Shown here one piece after another: positions 45,156 to 56,064 of a stretch of DNA of 64,000 nt; within the stretch, counting starts at the first letter, position 1, and every line of letters starts with the position of its first letter. The position numbers and the translations under genes are program-made. The stretch spans positions 2,140 through 66,139 of the forward strand of contig JAXDII010000098.1 of the NCBI GenBank assembly GCA_034664085.1. The letters are read 5' to 3'. The notes beneath the pieces are model-generated. The model was not told where the DNA came from and did no database searches. It saw only the letters and a list, made by a program, of their open reading frames with translations. This stretch comes from Thermoleophilaceae bacterium. GTDB taxonomy: Bacteria; Actinomycetota; Thermoleophilia; Solirubrobacterales; Thermoleophilaceae.

Positions 45156-45872
45156 ATGACGCAGGTCACCGAGGCCTATGAGTGGCGCGGACGTGAGGTC
45201 GTCAACGGAGCCGGCGAAAAGATCGGTCGGCTCGAGGACATCTACCTCGACACGGATAGCGGCCAGCCCGAGTGGGCCACCGTCAACACCGGGATGTTCG
45301 GGATGAGGCAGAGCTTCGTCCCGCTGACCGAGTCGAGCTCCAAGCGCGGCCAGGTCGTCGTGCCCTACAGCAAGGACCAGGTCAAGGACGCCCCAACGGT
45401 CGACCCCGACGGCGAGCTGTCGGCCGAGGAGGAGCAGAGCCTCCGCCGCCACTACGGGGTCGGAGAGGGCGGCGCCCCGGTCGGCGAGGACGTCAGCGGC
45501 CCCACCACCGACGACGCCATGACGCGCTCCGAGGAGGAGCTGCGGGTGGGGACTTCCCAGCGGGAGCGCGGGCGTGCGCGCCTGCGCAAGTACGTCGTGA
45601 CCGAGGAGGTGCAGCAGACCGTCCCGGTGCAGCGCGAGGAGGTTCGGGTCGAGCGCGAGCCGATCACCGAAGGCAACGTGGACCAGGCGACTGCCGGGCC
45701 GGAGATCTCCGAGGAGGAGCACGAGGTCACGCTCCACGAGGAGGAGGTGGTGACCGAGAAGCGCGTCGTCCCCAAGGAGCGGGTGCGGATGACCAAGGAC
45801 ACGGTCACCGACGAGCAGACGGTCTCGGAGGAGGTCCGCCAGGAGCGAATCGACGTCGAGGGCGACCGGTAG
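45156..45872 (+). CDS. PRC-barrel + DUF2382 (YsnF/AvaK-type) stress-associated protein
   Basis: Internal ATG at 45156 preceded by AAAGGAGAGG. The PRC barrel is VVNGAGEKIGRLEDIYLDTDSGQPEWATVNTGMFGMRQSFVPL. The DUF2382 repeats are TRSEEELRVGTSQRERGRARLRKYVVTEEVQQTVPVQREEVRVEREPI ... EEHEVTLHEEEVVTEKRVVPKERVR. Confidence 0.8.
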   Translation: MTQVTEAYEWRGREVVNGAGEKIGRLEDIYLDTDSGQPEWATVNTGMFGMRQSFVPLTESSSKRGQVVVPYSKDQVKDAPTVDPDGELSAEEEQSLRRHYGVGEGGAPVGEDVSGPTTDDAMTRSEEELRVGTSQRERGRARLRKYVVTEEVQQTVPVQREEVRVEREPITEGNVDQATAGPEISEEEHEVTLHEEEVVTEKRVVPKERVRMTKDTVTDEQTVSEEVRQERIDVEGDR

Positions 45873-45882
45873 AGGCCCGTCG

Positions 45883-46515
45883 ATGAGCACACAAGGAACA
45901 CAGCCGGCGGCACGGGCCGCCGGGGCGGAGCGTGAGGCGGCGGAGCGGGATGGTGCGGGCCGCTCGCCGGAAGTCGTCGACACCAAGCGCCAGCGCGAGG
46001 AGTTCGGTGGCTTCAACTGGGGAGCCGCGTTCTTCGGCTGGCTCGTGGCGGTCGGAATCACCGCGCTGCTCACCGCGCTGCTGAGTGCGACCGGCGCCGC
46101 GATCGGGCTGACCGAGCTGAGCGGGTCGGAGGCACGCTCGAGTGCCGAGACCGTCAGCATCGTCGGCGGGATCCTGCTGATCGCGGTCCTGGCGATCGGC
46201 TACTACGCCGGCGGCTACGTCGCCGGGCGCATGTCGCGCTTCGACGGCGGCCGGCAGGGCCTCGGCGTCTGGCTGATCGGCCTGGCGGTGACCCTGATCC
46301 TGGCGGCGGTCGGTGCGATCGCCGGGTCGGAGTACAACCTGCTCGGCCAGCTCAACCTCCCGCGCATCCCGATCGACGAGGGCTCGCTTGCGACCGGGGC
46401 GGCCATCGCCCTGGTGATCCTGGTGGTCGCAACCCTGGTCGCGGCCATGGCCGGCGGCAAGGTCGGCCAGCGGTACCACCGCAAGGTGGACCGCGTCGGC
46501 AGCCGCCAGGGCTGA
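45883..46515 (+). CDS. Hypothetical four-TM membrane protein (co-transcribed with the DUF2382 gene)
   Basis: 210 aa with a charged N-terminus followed by FNWGAAFFGWLVAVGITALLTALLSA, IVGGILLIAVLAIGYYAGGYVAG, LGVWLIGLAVTLILAAVGAIAG and AAIALVILVVATLVAAMAGG. Confidence 0.6.
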   Translation: MSTQGTQPAARAAGAEREAAERDGAGRSPEVVDTKRQREEFGGFNWGAAFFGWLVAVGITALLTALLSATGAAIGLTELSGSEARSSAETVSIVGGILLIAVLAIGYYAGGYVAGRMSRFDGGRQGLGVWLIGLAVTLILAAVGAIAGSEYNLLGQLNLPRIPIDEGSLATGAAIALVILVVATLVAAMAGGKVGQRYHRKVDRVGSRQG

Positions 46516-46528
46516 GCGGGGCTCAGCC
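46510..46528. terminator. Hairpin shared by two convergent genes (includes both stop codons)
   Basis: GGCTGAGC-ggg-GCTCAGCC gives an 8-bp stem. The TGA of the plus-strand membrane gene is at 46513-46515 and the stop of the RNase gene is at 46523-46525 (reverse complement). No U-tract. Confidence 0.35.
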
Positions 46529-48412
46529 GGAGGCCGTCTCGCTGCTCTTCCGCCGCCCGCGGCCGCCCCTGCGGCCGCGGCGGCGGCGGGGCCGGTCGTC
46601 TCCGGTGCCCTCGCCGTCCGGCACGCCTGCGCCGACGCCCTCCGGCGGGTTCACGAGGGAGGCCTGGGCGGCAGAGCGTCCGACCTTCTCGATCCGTACC
46701 AGCGTGCGCTCGCCCACGAGCGTGGCCGCGTTGACCACCGAGATGACGTAGCCGTCCAGCTTGGCGACCGCGTCGTCCTCGTTGTACATGTGCGGCTCCT
46801 CGATCAGGACGAGCACCTCCTCGCCCTCGCGGAACGGCAGCGCGCGCTCCTCGACCTGCTCGCGGCTGCCCTCGAGCACCACCTCGAAGTGGTCGATCGG
46901 GAGCGCCTCGGTCCCCTCGAAGTGGAAGTGGCGCCCCGTCTCCTGCTCGATCTCCACGATCGGCCCGGGCACGCCCTGGCCGCCGACCAGGATGGTCGCC
47001 ACCTTCGGGTGGACGCGAATCAGGAAGGCGGGCGAGTCCGGCCGCTCGGCGGTGACGTCGCGAAGCCAGCGGTCGACCTCGATCGAGACCGTCTCCTCCG
47101 ACAGCACCACGCCCTCGCCGGCGCAGGTCGGGCACGGCTTGGTCATGATCTCGCGCACCCCGTCGGTGACGTTCTGACGCGTCATCTCGACCAGCCCGAG
47201 CGGCGAGATCTCGACCACGTAGGTCTTCGTGCGGTCCTCGTCGAGCGACTTGCGCAGGGTCTTCAGGACCGTGTCGCGGTTGCGCCCGCGCGCCATGTCG
47301 ATGAAGTCGATGACGATGATGCCGCCGATGTCGCGCAGCCTCAGCTGGCGCACGACCTCGTCGGCCGCCTCGAGGTTGGTCTTGGTGATGGTGTCCTCGA
47401 GCTTGGCGCCCTTGCCGCGGCCGGTGAACGACCCCGAGTTGACGTCGATCACCGTCATCGCCTCGGCGTAGTCGATGATCAGGTAGCCGCCCGACGGCAG
47501 ATCCACGCGGCGCTTGAGCACCGACTGGATCGCGTCCTCGACGTTGTAGCGCTCGAACAGGGGCTCGTCGTCCTCGTAGAACTCGAGCCGCTCGAGCAGC
47601 TCCGGCGCGGTCCGGTTGAAGAAGGACTCGAGCCGGTGGTGCTGCTTGCGCTCGTCGACGATCGCCTTCTCGAACTCGCCGGAGAAGATGTCGCGTGCGA
47701 CGCGCACCGACAGGTCGGCCTCCTGGAAGACCATCTCGGGCGCGGTGGTCTCCTCGGCGCGCTGCTGGAGCACGTCGTGCAGCTTGTGCAGGTACTTGAT
47801 CTCGCGCTCGAAGTCCTCGCGCGTCGCCCCCTGGGCGGCGGTGCGAACGATCACGCCGCCCTCGCCCAGGTCCGCCTTGCCGGCGGCGCGGCGCGGGCGC
47901 TCGCGCTCCTTGTCGTCGAGCCGGCGGGACACGCCGACGCCCTCGCCCTGCGGCACGTACACGAGGTAGCGCCCCGCGATCGAGAGCTGCATGGACAGGC
48001 GCGGGCCCTTCGTCTTGAGCGGGTCCTTGATCGCCTGGACGAGGATCTCCTGGCCGGGCTTCAGCAGCTCGGTGATGCGCTTGCCCGAGGTGCCGCGTCC
48101 GCCGCGGCCGCGGCGGGCCACCTCCACCCCGGGGAAGACGACGTCGTCCGCGTGCAGGAAGCCGTTCTTCTCGAGGCCGATGTCGACGAACGCCGCCTCG
48201 AGGCCGGGCAGGACGTTGTCGACCTTGCCCTTGTAGACGTTTCCGACGATGGAGCGTGATCCGCGGCGCTCTATGTAGAGCTCCGCGACGCGCCAGTCGT
48301 CGCTCTTCTGCTTCGCGCGTCCCCGGCTATTGCCGGAAGGTGAGCCCTCCGACTCGAGGATCGCGACTCTGGTTTCGCCACGGTCCACCGTGACGAGCAA
48401 CTGCTTCTTCAA
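46523..48412 (-). CDS. rne: Ribonuclease E/G family endoribonuclease
   Basis: 629 aa with an S1 domain (GNVYKGKVDNVLPGLEAAFVDIG), a catalytic core (IIDYAEAMTVIDVNSGSFTG, GGIIVIDFIDM), the Zn-link CPTCAGEG and a short Arg-rich tail. The size lies between typical RNase G and RNase E. Confidence 0.9.
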   Translation of the reverse strand: MKKQLLVTVDRGETRVAILESEGSPSGNSRGRAKQKSDDWRVAELYIERRGSRSIVGNVYKGKVDNVLPGLEAAFVDIGLEKNGFLHADDVVFPGVEVARRGRGGRGTSGKRITELLKPGQEILVQAIKDPLKTKGPRLSMQLSIAGRYLVYVPQGEGVGVSRRLDDKERERPRRAAGKADLGEGGVIVRTAAQGATREDFEREIKYLHKLHDVLQQRAEETTAPEMVFQEADLSVRVARDIFSGEFEKAIVDERKQHHRLESFFNRTAPELLERLEFYEDDEPLFERYNVEDAIQSVLKRRVDLPSGGYLIIDYAEAMTVIDVNSGSFTGRGKGAKLEDTITKTNLEAADEVVRQLRLRDIGGIIVIDFIDMARGRNRDTVLKTLRKSLDEDRTKTYVVEISPLGLVEMTRQNVTDGVREIMTKPCPTCAGEGVVLSEETVSIEVDRWLRDVTAERPDSPAFLIRVHPKVATILVGGQGVPGPIVEIEQETGRHFHFEGTEALPIDHFEVVLEGSREQVEERALPFREGEEVLVLIEEPHMYNEDDAVAKLDGYVISVVNAATLVGERTLVRIEKVGRSAAQASLVNPPEGVGAGVPDGEGTGDDRPRRRRGRRGGRGRRKSSETASG

Positions 48413-48436
48413 AGGAAAGCCCTCTCATGAAATTTG

Positions 48437-49597
48437 TTAGAGGCCCTTGGCCACAGCCGTTTCGCGCGCCTGCGCGTGGATCGACTGAAGGAGGCCAATG
48501 GCCAGCAATGTCGTTAACACCGACGAGCCGCCGTAGGACATGAGCGGCAATGGAATGCCGGTGATCGGCATGATCCCGATGGTCATGCCCACGTTGACGA
48601 AGACCTGGAACATCAGCATGGCGGTGATGCCGCCGGCGACAAGTGCGCCGTAGAAGTTCTTTGACATCGTCAGGATTCTCAACGCCCTCCAGATGAGGAG
48701 CGCAAACAGGGACAACACGAGCGCGGCCCCCACGAAGCCAAACTCCTCCCCCACCACAGAGAATATGAAGTCCGTGTGGTGCTCGGGCAGGAAGTTCAAT
48801 TCCGTCTGTGTGGAGTCTTCTCCACGGCCCGTCTTCCCCCCTGAGCCTATCGCGGTCAGAGACTGATTGACCTGATAGCCCTCGTCGTCCGGGTTCGTGG
48901 ACGGGTTGAGGAAGGCCGTCAGGCGGTCTACCTGGTACGGCTTGAGCACCTCGACGCCTGCCGCCGGGGCGGCCAGCAGCACCACCGCTATCGCGACGGC
49001 GCCCAGTCCCCCCAGCGCGGCGAAGTGGGTCCATTTCGTGCCGGCGACGAACAGCACCGCCAGCACGATCGCGAGGTAGACCAGCCCCGACCCCAGGTCC
49101 GGCTGGCCGATCACGAGCATGGCCGGTATCAGCGCCAGCAGCACGATCCGGCTGGTGGTCTCGCGATCCCCGAGTCGCCGCGCCCGGTCGACCGCGAAAC
49201 CGGCCAGGGCGACCACCAGCAAGAGCTTGCCGAGCTCCGAGGCCTGGAAGTTGAAGAAGGGGAACTCGATCGCGCGGCGCGACCCCCGCGCCGAGAAGCC
49301 GAGCATGTACACCAGCAGGATCGAGCCGATCAGGAAGCCGTAGACGCCAAGCTTCCACTCGCGCAGCCGCGAGTAGTCGAAGCGCGACAGCAGGAACATC
49401 AGCGCCAGCCCCACGCCCACGTAGGCGAGCTGGCGGTACATGTAGTAGTTGGGGTCGCCCGGGATGTCGCCCAGGGTCGACCTGCGCACGGTGTAGACGC
49501 TCACGGCCACGAGCCCCAGCGTCGCCAGCAGCAGCAGCGGGTCCAGGCGCAGCACACGCGGCCCGGCGTCGCGGAAGTCCTTGACGGCGGTGGCCAT
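48437..49597 (-). CDS. rodA: Peptidoglycan glycosyltransferase RodA (SEDS family)
   Basis: Internal ATG at 49597 of track ORF 48437..50221 (386 aa). Has FQASELGKLLLVVALA, LPEHHTDFIFSVVGEEFGFVGA and GIPLPLMSYGGSS. Shares an ATGA overlap with mrdA. Confidence 0.9.
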   Translation of the reverse strand: MATAVKDFRDAGPRVLRLDPLLLLATLGLVAVSVYTVRRSTLGDIPGDPNYYMYRQLAYVGVGLALMFLLSRFDYSRLREWKLGVYGFLIGSILLVYMLGFSARGSRRAIEFPFFNFQASELGKLLLVVALAGFAVDRARRLGDRETTSRIVLLALIPAMLVIGQPDLGSGLVYLAIVLAVLFVAGTKWTHFAALGGLGAVAIAVVLLAAPAAGVEVLKPYQVDRLTAFLNPSTNPDDEGYQVNQSLTAIGSGGKTGRGEDSTQTELNFLPEHHTDFIFSVVGEEFGFVGAALVLSLFALLIWRALRILTMSKNFYGALVAGGITAMLMFQVFVNVGMTIGIMPITGIPLPLMSYGGSSVLTTLLAIGLLQSIHAQARETAVAKGL

Positions 49598-51522
49598 CAG
49601 TCCGACGGGCCCCCGCCGTCGACGAGCTGCTGCTCGTCGACGTTGAAGAGCTCGGCCAGGATGCGGCGCGCCATCGGCGCTGCGGTGTCGGCGCCGAAGC
49701 CGCCGGCCTCGTCGGTCACCGCCACGACGTACTGGGGATCGGGCCACGGGGCGAGCGCGACGTACCACGACTGGTCGGCCCGGCCGCCGCCCTTCTCCGC
49801 CGTGCCGGTCTTGCCGGCGATCTCCACCGGGAAGGTCTCGAAGACCGGCGTGGACGTGCCGCCCGGCGCGCTCGCCGCGCCGCGCAGGCCGTCCAGGATC
49901 GCCTGGCGGTGTTCCTCGGAGACCTTCAGCTCGCGGGCGGTCGGCGCCTCGAGCTGCTGCTGCGCCTGACCGGCGGAGTTCTCGATGCGCTGGCCGAGCC
50001 GCGGCCGCAGGATCTTGCCGCCGTTGGCCATCGCCGCGTACGCCACCGCCATCTGCAGCGGGTTGGCGGCCAGGTCGCCCTGACCGACGGAGAGGTTGAC
50101 GTTGTCGCCCACCGACCAGGGCCGGTCCTGCCAGCCGCACTTGCCCATGGCGATCTCCGCGGGCGTGGGGTTGGTGCGCTTCTTGCAGCGCTCGAACTTC
50201 GCAAACTCGCGGTCGCGCCACTTCGGCCCGGGCACGAAGCCCGGGCCCTCCTCGGGGAGGTCGATGCCGGTCTCGCGGCCGATGCCGAGCTTGCGCGCCC
50301 AGTGCTGCAGCGGCATGCCCTCGCGGTTCATGTCGCGGCCGAGCTGGTAGAAGAAGACGTCGCTGGAGACCGTCAGCGCCTGGCGCAGCGAGAGGACGCC
50401 GTGGGCGACCTCGCCGGCGTTCTTGAAGATCTGGTCGCCGACGGTGAGCTCGCCCGGGTCGTTGAGCGGCGTGTCGGGCGTGATCAGCCCCGACTCCAAT
50501 GCGGCGACGGCGGTGACCAGCTTGAAGGTGGAGCCCGTGGGGTAGCCGCCGGCGACCGCGCGGTTCGTGAGCGGGGCGCCGGTCTCGTCGGCCGTCAGGC
50601 GCTTGTAGTCCGACTCCCTGACGATCTTTGCGAACAGGTTGGGATCGAACGACGGCTGCGAGCCGAGCGCGAGCACCTCGCCGTTGGCGATGTTCATCAC
50701 CGCGAAGGCGCCCTTGCCGGTGCCGCCCATCAGCGCCTCCTGGCCGGCGCGCTGCACGTCGAGGTCGAGCGAGAGCCTCAGCTGCCTGCCCTGCTTGGGC
50801 CGCCTGCGCTTGAGGTAGTCCGTGAGGTTCCCGAGGGCATCCACCTGGACGCGCGTGGCGCCGCTCATGCCGCGCAGGAACTGGTCGTACTCCAGCTCCA
50901 CGCCCGCCTTGCCGACGCGGTCGCCCATCGACACGTTCGCGTAGCCGGGATCGTCCAGCTCGTCCTGGCTCACCTCGCCGACGTAGCCGAACAGGTGGGC
51001 GCCCACCTCCTTGTGGGGATACTCGCGCAGGAAGACCGGCTCGATCTCCACGCCGCGGAAGTCCTCGCGGCGCTCCTCGATGTACATGACGATGTCGCGC
51101 GACACGTCCTGCTTGACGGTGGCCTGGGAGTACTGCAGCTCGTTGAACTGCTCGTTCACGCGCCGCTCGATCGCGCGCGGGCGCTGGCCCAGCAGCCTGC
51201 CCAGCCGGCGGTACAGCTCACGGCGCTCGCCGATGTCGTCGGACAGCTTGTCGGGCGTGAGCTTGAGCGCCTCGCCCACGCGGTTGCGCACCAGCACCCG
51301 GCCCTCGCGGTCGACGATGTCGCCGCGCGGCGCCTGCACCTTGATCTCGCGCAGCTGGTTGTTCTGCGCCTCGGCGACGTACTTGTCGCCCGAGAGCACC
51401 TGCAGGTACCAGAGCCGAAAGAAGACGACCGCGAACGCGACCAGCGCGATGCCGCCGATGATCGCCACGCGCACGGCGAGCTGCGGCGTGAGCGTGGGCC
51501 GGCGCTCGTTGTCGAGATACAC
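49597..51522 (-). CDS. mrdA: Penicillin-binding protein 2 (elongation transpeptidase)
   Basis: 641 aa with an N-terminal anchor, a PBP dimerisation domain, and the transpeptidase motifs STFK (PTGSTFKLV), SSD and KTGTAE. Confidence 0.9.
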   Translation of the reverse strand: MYLDNERRPTLTPQLAVRVAIIGGIALVAFAVVFFRLWYLQVLSGDKYVAEAQNNQLREIKVQAPRGDIVDREGRVLVRNRVGEALKLTPDKLSDDIGERRELYRRLGRLLGQRPRAIERRVNEQFNELQYSQATVKQDVSRDIVMYIEERREDFRGVEIEPVFLREYPHKEVGAHLFGYVGEVSQDELDDPGYANVSMGDRVGKAGVELEYDQFLRGMSGATRVQVDALGNLTDYLKRRRPKQGRQLRLSLDLDVQRAGQEALMGGTGKGAFAVMNIANGEVLALGSQPSFDPNLFAKIVRESDYKRLTADETGAPLTNRAVAGGYPTGSTFKLVTAVAALESGLITPDTPLNDPGELTVGDQIFKNAGEVAHGVLSLRQALTVSSDVFFYQLGRDMNREGMPLQHWARKLGIGRETGIDLPEEGPGFVPGPKWRDREFAKFERCKKRTNPTPAEIAMGKCGWQDRPWSVGDNVNLSVGQGDLAANPLQMAVAYAAMANGGKILRPRLGQRIENSAGQAQQQLEAPTARELKVSEEHRQAILDGLRGAASAPGGTSTPVFETFPVEIAGKTGTAEKGGGRADQSWYVALAPWPDPQYVVAVTDEAGGFGADTAAPMARRILAELFNVDEQQLVDGGGPSD

Positions 51523-51526
51523 GCCC

Positions 51527-52105
51527 TCAGACCTCCATGCCGCGCAGGCCGAGCGGGCCGGCTTCGCGTGGCGGACGGCGGCGGCGCCGCACCTCGAGCG
51601 GGTCGACCGCCAGCGAGGGGCGCAGCAGCTTGCGGCAGCCCGTGAACACGGGCAGTGCCAGCAGCGCGTTGAGCAGCACGGTCACGATCATGTCGCGGAT
51701 CACGAGCGGGCTGACGCGCGCTCCGATGTCGAGCATCAGCGACACCGCGGCGAACGCGACCAGCCAGCCTGCGGTGGCGACCGCTCCAACGGCCACCGGC
51801 AGCAGGCCGTGGCTCGGGTCGCGCACCTCGCGGAAGCGGCCGACGCCGTACCCCACGGCCGTGAGCACCAGCGACGAGGCGCCCATGGTCGCGCCCGAGA
51901 GCAGGTCCAGGAGCAGGCCGGCCGCGAACCCGGTAGCCGAGCCGGGCAGGCTGCCGGCGTAGTAGGCGACAGCGGCGACGACCAGCAGGACCACGTCGGC
52001 GTGGCCGCCGAGGATCGGCAGCTGGCTGAGTGCGGAGAGCTGGAGCACCACGGCCACGAGCAGCAACGCGCCGACCCTCACGAATGCGCCCACCGAGAGG
52101 ATCAT
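51527..52105 (-). CDS. mreD: Rod shape-determining protein MreD
   Basis: 192 aa, polytopic. It sits between mreC and mrdA, with a 4-nt overlap with mreC. Confidence 0.7.
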   Translation of the reverse strand: MILSVGAFVRVGALLLVAVVLQLSALSQLPILGGHADVVLLVVAAVAYYAGSLPGSATGFAAGLLLDLLSGATMGASSLVLTAVGYGVGRFREVRDPSHGLLPVAVGAVATAGWLVAFAAVSLMLDIGARVSPLVIRDMIVTVLLNALLALPVFTGCRKLLRPSLAVDPLEVRRRRRPPREAGPLGLRGMEV

Positions 52106-52998
52106 CCGCCCGGCTCCGCCGCTACCGCGGCCTCCTGGGTGACGCCCCTGCGGGTGAGCACTTGGACCAGGTCGATGCGCCGCAGGTCGGCGAACGGCTT
52201 GACGTGGACGCGCTGGTAGGTCTCGAGCTCGTCGAGGTCCACCTCGGTCACGCGGCCGATCGGGATCCCGCGCGGGAACAGCGACTCGGTCTTCGAGGAG
52301 GTGAAGCCGGACGTGATCACGAGCGTGTTCTCGGTGACGCGCCGGCCGCTCTCCACGTGCTCCAGCAGCAGGTCCTCGGGGTTGCCGACCTCCGGCCGGA
52401 CCACCCCGCTCACGCCCGCCGGGAAGACCTGCGCGGAGACGCCGCTCTGGCCGTCGGTGATCAGGCGCACCTCGGCGGTGCCGCCGGTGACGCTGGTCAC
52501 CTTCCCGACCAATCCGCCGCCGGCGATCACCGGCTGGTTCGCGCGCAGGCCGTCGTCGGAGCCCTTGTCGATCTTCAGGCTGGAGTACCAGACCGTCGGC
52601 GAGCGGGCGATCACGCGCGCGGTCACGGGCGCGGTGGACTGCGGGAAGTAGGCCTCCTCGCGCAGCTGCGCGAGCGCCTCCAGCTGCTGGGAGTCGCGCA
52701 GCCCGGTCTGGGCCTGGGCCAGGTCGCTGCGCAGCTGCTCGACCTCGCGCTTCAGCTCGGTGTTCTGGTCCTTGGCGTCGATCGTGTCGCCGGCCCAGCC
52801 GAAGAAGTCGCGCACCGGCTTGAGCGCGCGGCTGGCACCGGTTTCGACCGGGGCGAACGTCTCCTGCGCGCCGCGCTGGAGCGTGTGGAAGAAGCCTCCA
52901 CCGGACTCGCCGAAGTAGGCGGTGAGAATGGCGATGGACAGGACGACGAAGACGGCGAGCGCCGCCCGCCGCCTGCGGACCACCTTCCTGTCATACAT
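52102..52998 (-). CDS. mreC: Rod shape-determining protein MreC
   Basis: 298 aa with an N-terminal anchor, a coiled-coil (NTELKREVEQLRSDLAQAQ) and beta-barrel repeats (VIAGGGLVGKVTSVTGGTAEVRLITD, ITSGFTSSKTESLFPRGIPIGRV). Confidence 0.85.
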   Translation of the reverse strand: MYDRKVVRRRRAALAVFVVLSIAILTAYFGESGGGFFHTLQRGAQETFAPVETGASRALKPVRDFFGWAGDTIDAKDQNTELKREVEQLRSDLAQAQTGLRDSQQLEALAQLREEAYFPQSTAPVTARVIARSPTVWYSSLKIDKGSDDGLRANQPVIAGGGLVGKVTSVTGGTAEVRLITDGQSGVSAQVFPAGVSGVVRPEVGNPEDLLLEHVESGRRVTENTLVITSGFTSSKTESLFPRGIPIGRVTEVDLDELETYQRVHVKPFADLRRIDLVQVLTRRGVTQEAAVAAEPGG

Positions 52999-53028
52999 CC
53001 CGAGGCCTCGACCAGGGGCCCGGCGCCT

Positions 53029-55183
<2,155 letters not shown>

Positions 55184-55228
55184 GAATCTCCTATTCGGGT
55201 TGGAAGCGGCGCGAGCCGGCCGACGAGG

Positions 55229-55915
55229 CTAGCCGGCCGACGGCGGGCGCTCACGCGAGGCGCGCGCCGTGCGCTCGGTCCGCGGGCGCTCGGTGGCGGC
55301 GGGACGTTCGCTCGTCTGATCCGGCTGCCGGGCCGCGCGCGGCGCCGCGCTTCGCGGTGCACTCTGGCGTCCGGACGACGCCGCGGCCGTGCGGCGTGTG
55401 CGCGGGCGGCGGGTCTCCGCCGGGGCTTGGCCGACCTCGGCCTCGCAGTAGGGGCAGATCTTCCAGCGCGGGTCGAGCGGCTTGGCGCAGACGGTGCACG
55501 GCTCCTTGAGCCGGCGCAGGCAGCTCGGGCAGCGCAGGAAGTCCTTGTCGACCTCGAAGCCGCAGTACTGGCAGTGCACGTGCTCGAGGTTGGCCAGCCG
55601 CGCCTGGGCCGCTGCGATCTCGAGCTCGCGCTCGCGCACGTCGTCGAGGTACTCCGGCGGCCGCACGATTACGTAGACGATCGTGCCGACGAACGGGAAC
55701 AGCGACGCCGCCGTGGCGCACCCGACCAGCAGCGGATCGGCGATGCGGCGGCGCGCGTCCGCGAAGGTCCAGTAGACCAGCGCCAGCCAGATGACCACGA
55801 GAAACAGGATCAACAGGTTGACCGCGAGGTTGAGCCCGTCGTTCTCGATGCCGAAGACGGCGAGGGCGCCCATAGGAGGCGCGAGTGTACTGACCGCCTG
55901 TGACAGGCCTGTCAC
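55229..55915 (-). CDS. Membrane protein with cytoplasmic double zinc-ribbon and Arg/Pro-rich disordered tail
   Basis: 228 aa with two TM helices (NLLILFLVVIWLALVYWTF; AASLFPFVGTIVYVIV), then CQYCGFEV...CPSCLRRL...CTVCAKPL...CPYCEAEV. The GTG start overlaps the stop of a 38-codon upstream ORF (GTGA). Confidence 0.65.
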   Translation of the reverse strand: MTGLSQAVSTLAPPMGALAVFGIENDGLNLAVNLLILFLVVIWLALVYWTFADARRRIADPLLVGCATAASLFPFVGTIVYVIVRPPEYLDDVRERELEIAAAQARLANLEHVHCQYCGFEVDKDFLRCPSCLRRLKEPCTVCAKPLDPRWKICPYCEAEVGQAPAETRRPRTRRTAAASSGRQSAPRSAAPRAARQPDQTSERPAATERPRTERTARASRERPPSAG

Positions 55916-55918
55916 AGG
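55897..55918. repeat. Perfect 22-bp palindrome CCTGTGACAGGCCTGTCACAGG
   Basis: Two abutting 11-mers that are exact reverse complements. It spans the stop of the 38-codon ORF and the GTG of the zinc-ribbon gene. Confidence 0.8.
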
Positions 55919-56028
55919 AAGAGCCGCCCCAGGGCGTAGCCGATTCCAAAGAACACCAGGATTACCGTGGCCACGACGATGGCCACCAGGCCAATCATCG
56001 CGCCGAAGCGGGGACCGTCACCGTCCAT
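55912..56028 (-). CDS. Hypothetical 38-aa single-TM peptide (below the ORF-track cutoff)
   Basis: Manual translation gives MDGDGPRFGAMIGLVAIVVATVILVFFGIGYALGRLFL. The stop is coupled (GTGA) to the downstream zinc-ribbon membrane gene. Confidence 0.35.
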   Translation of the reverse strand: MDGDGPRFGAMIGLVAIVVATVILVFFGIGYALGRLFL

Positions 56029-56064
56029 GCGGGAATCGTGGCAGGCGCGCCGGGCGGCGCGGCT

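Noticed and set aside
55897-55918. I considered the 22-bp palindrome as a CRP/FNR-type site (TGTGA...TCACA).
   Set aside because: The TGTGA and TCACA half-sites are separated by 8 nt, not the canonical 6. The site also lies inside a coding junction rather than a promoter. I keep it only as an unexplained palindrome.
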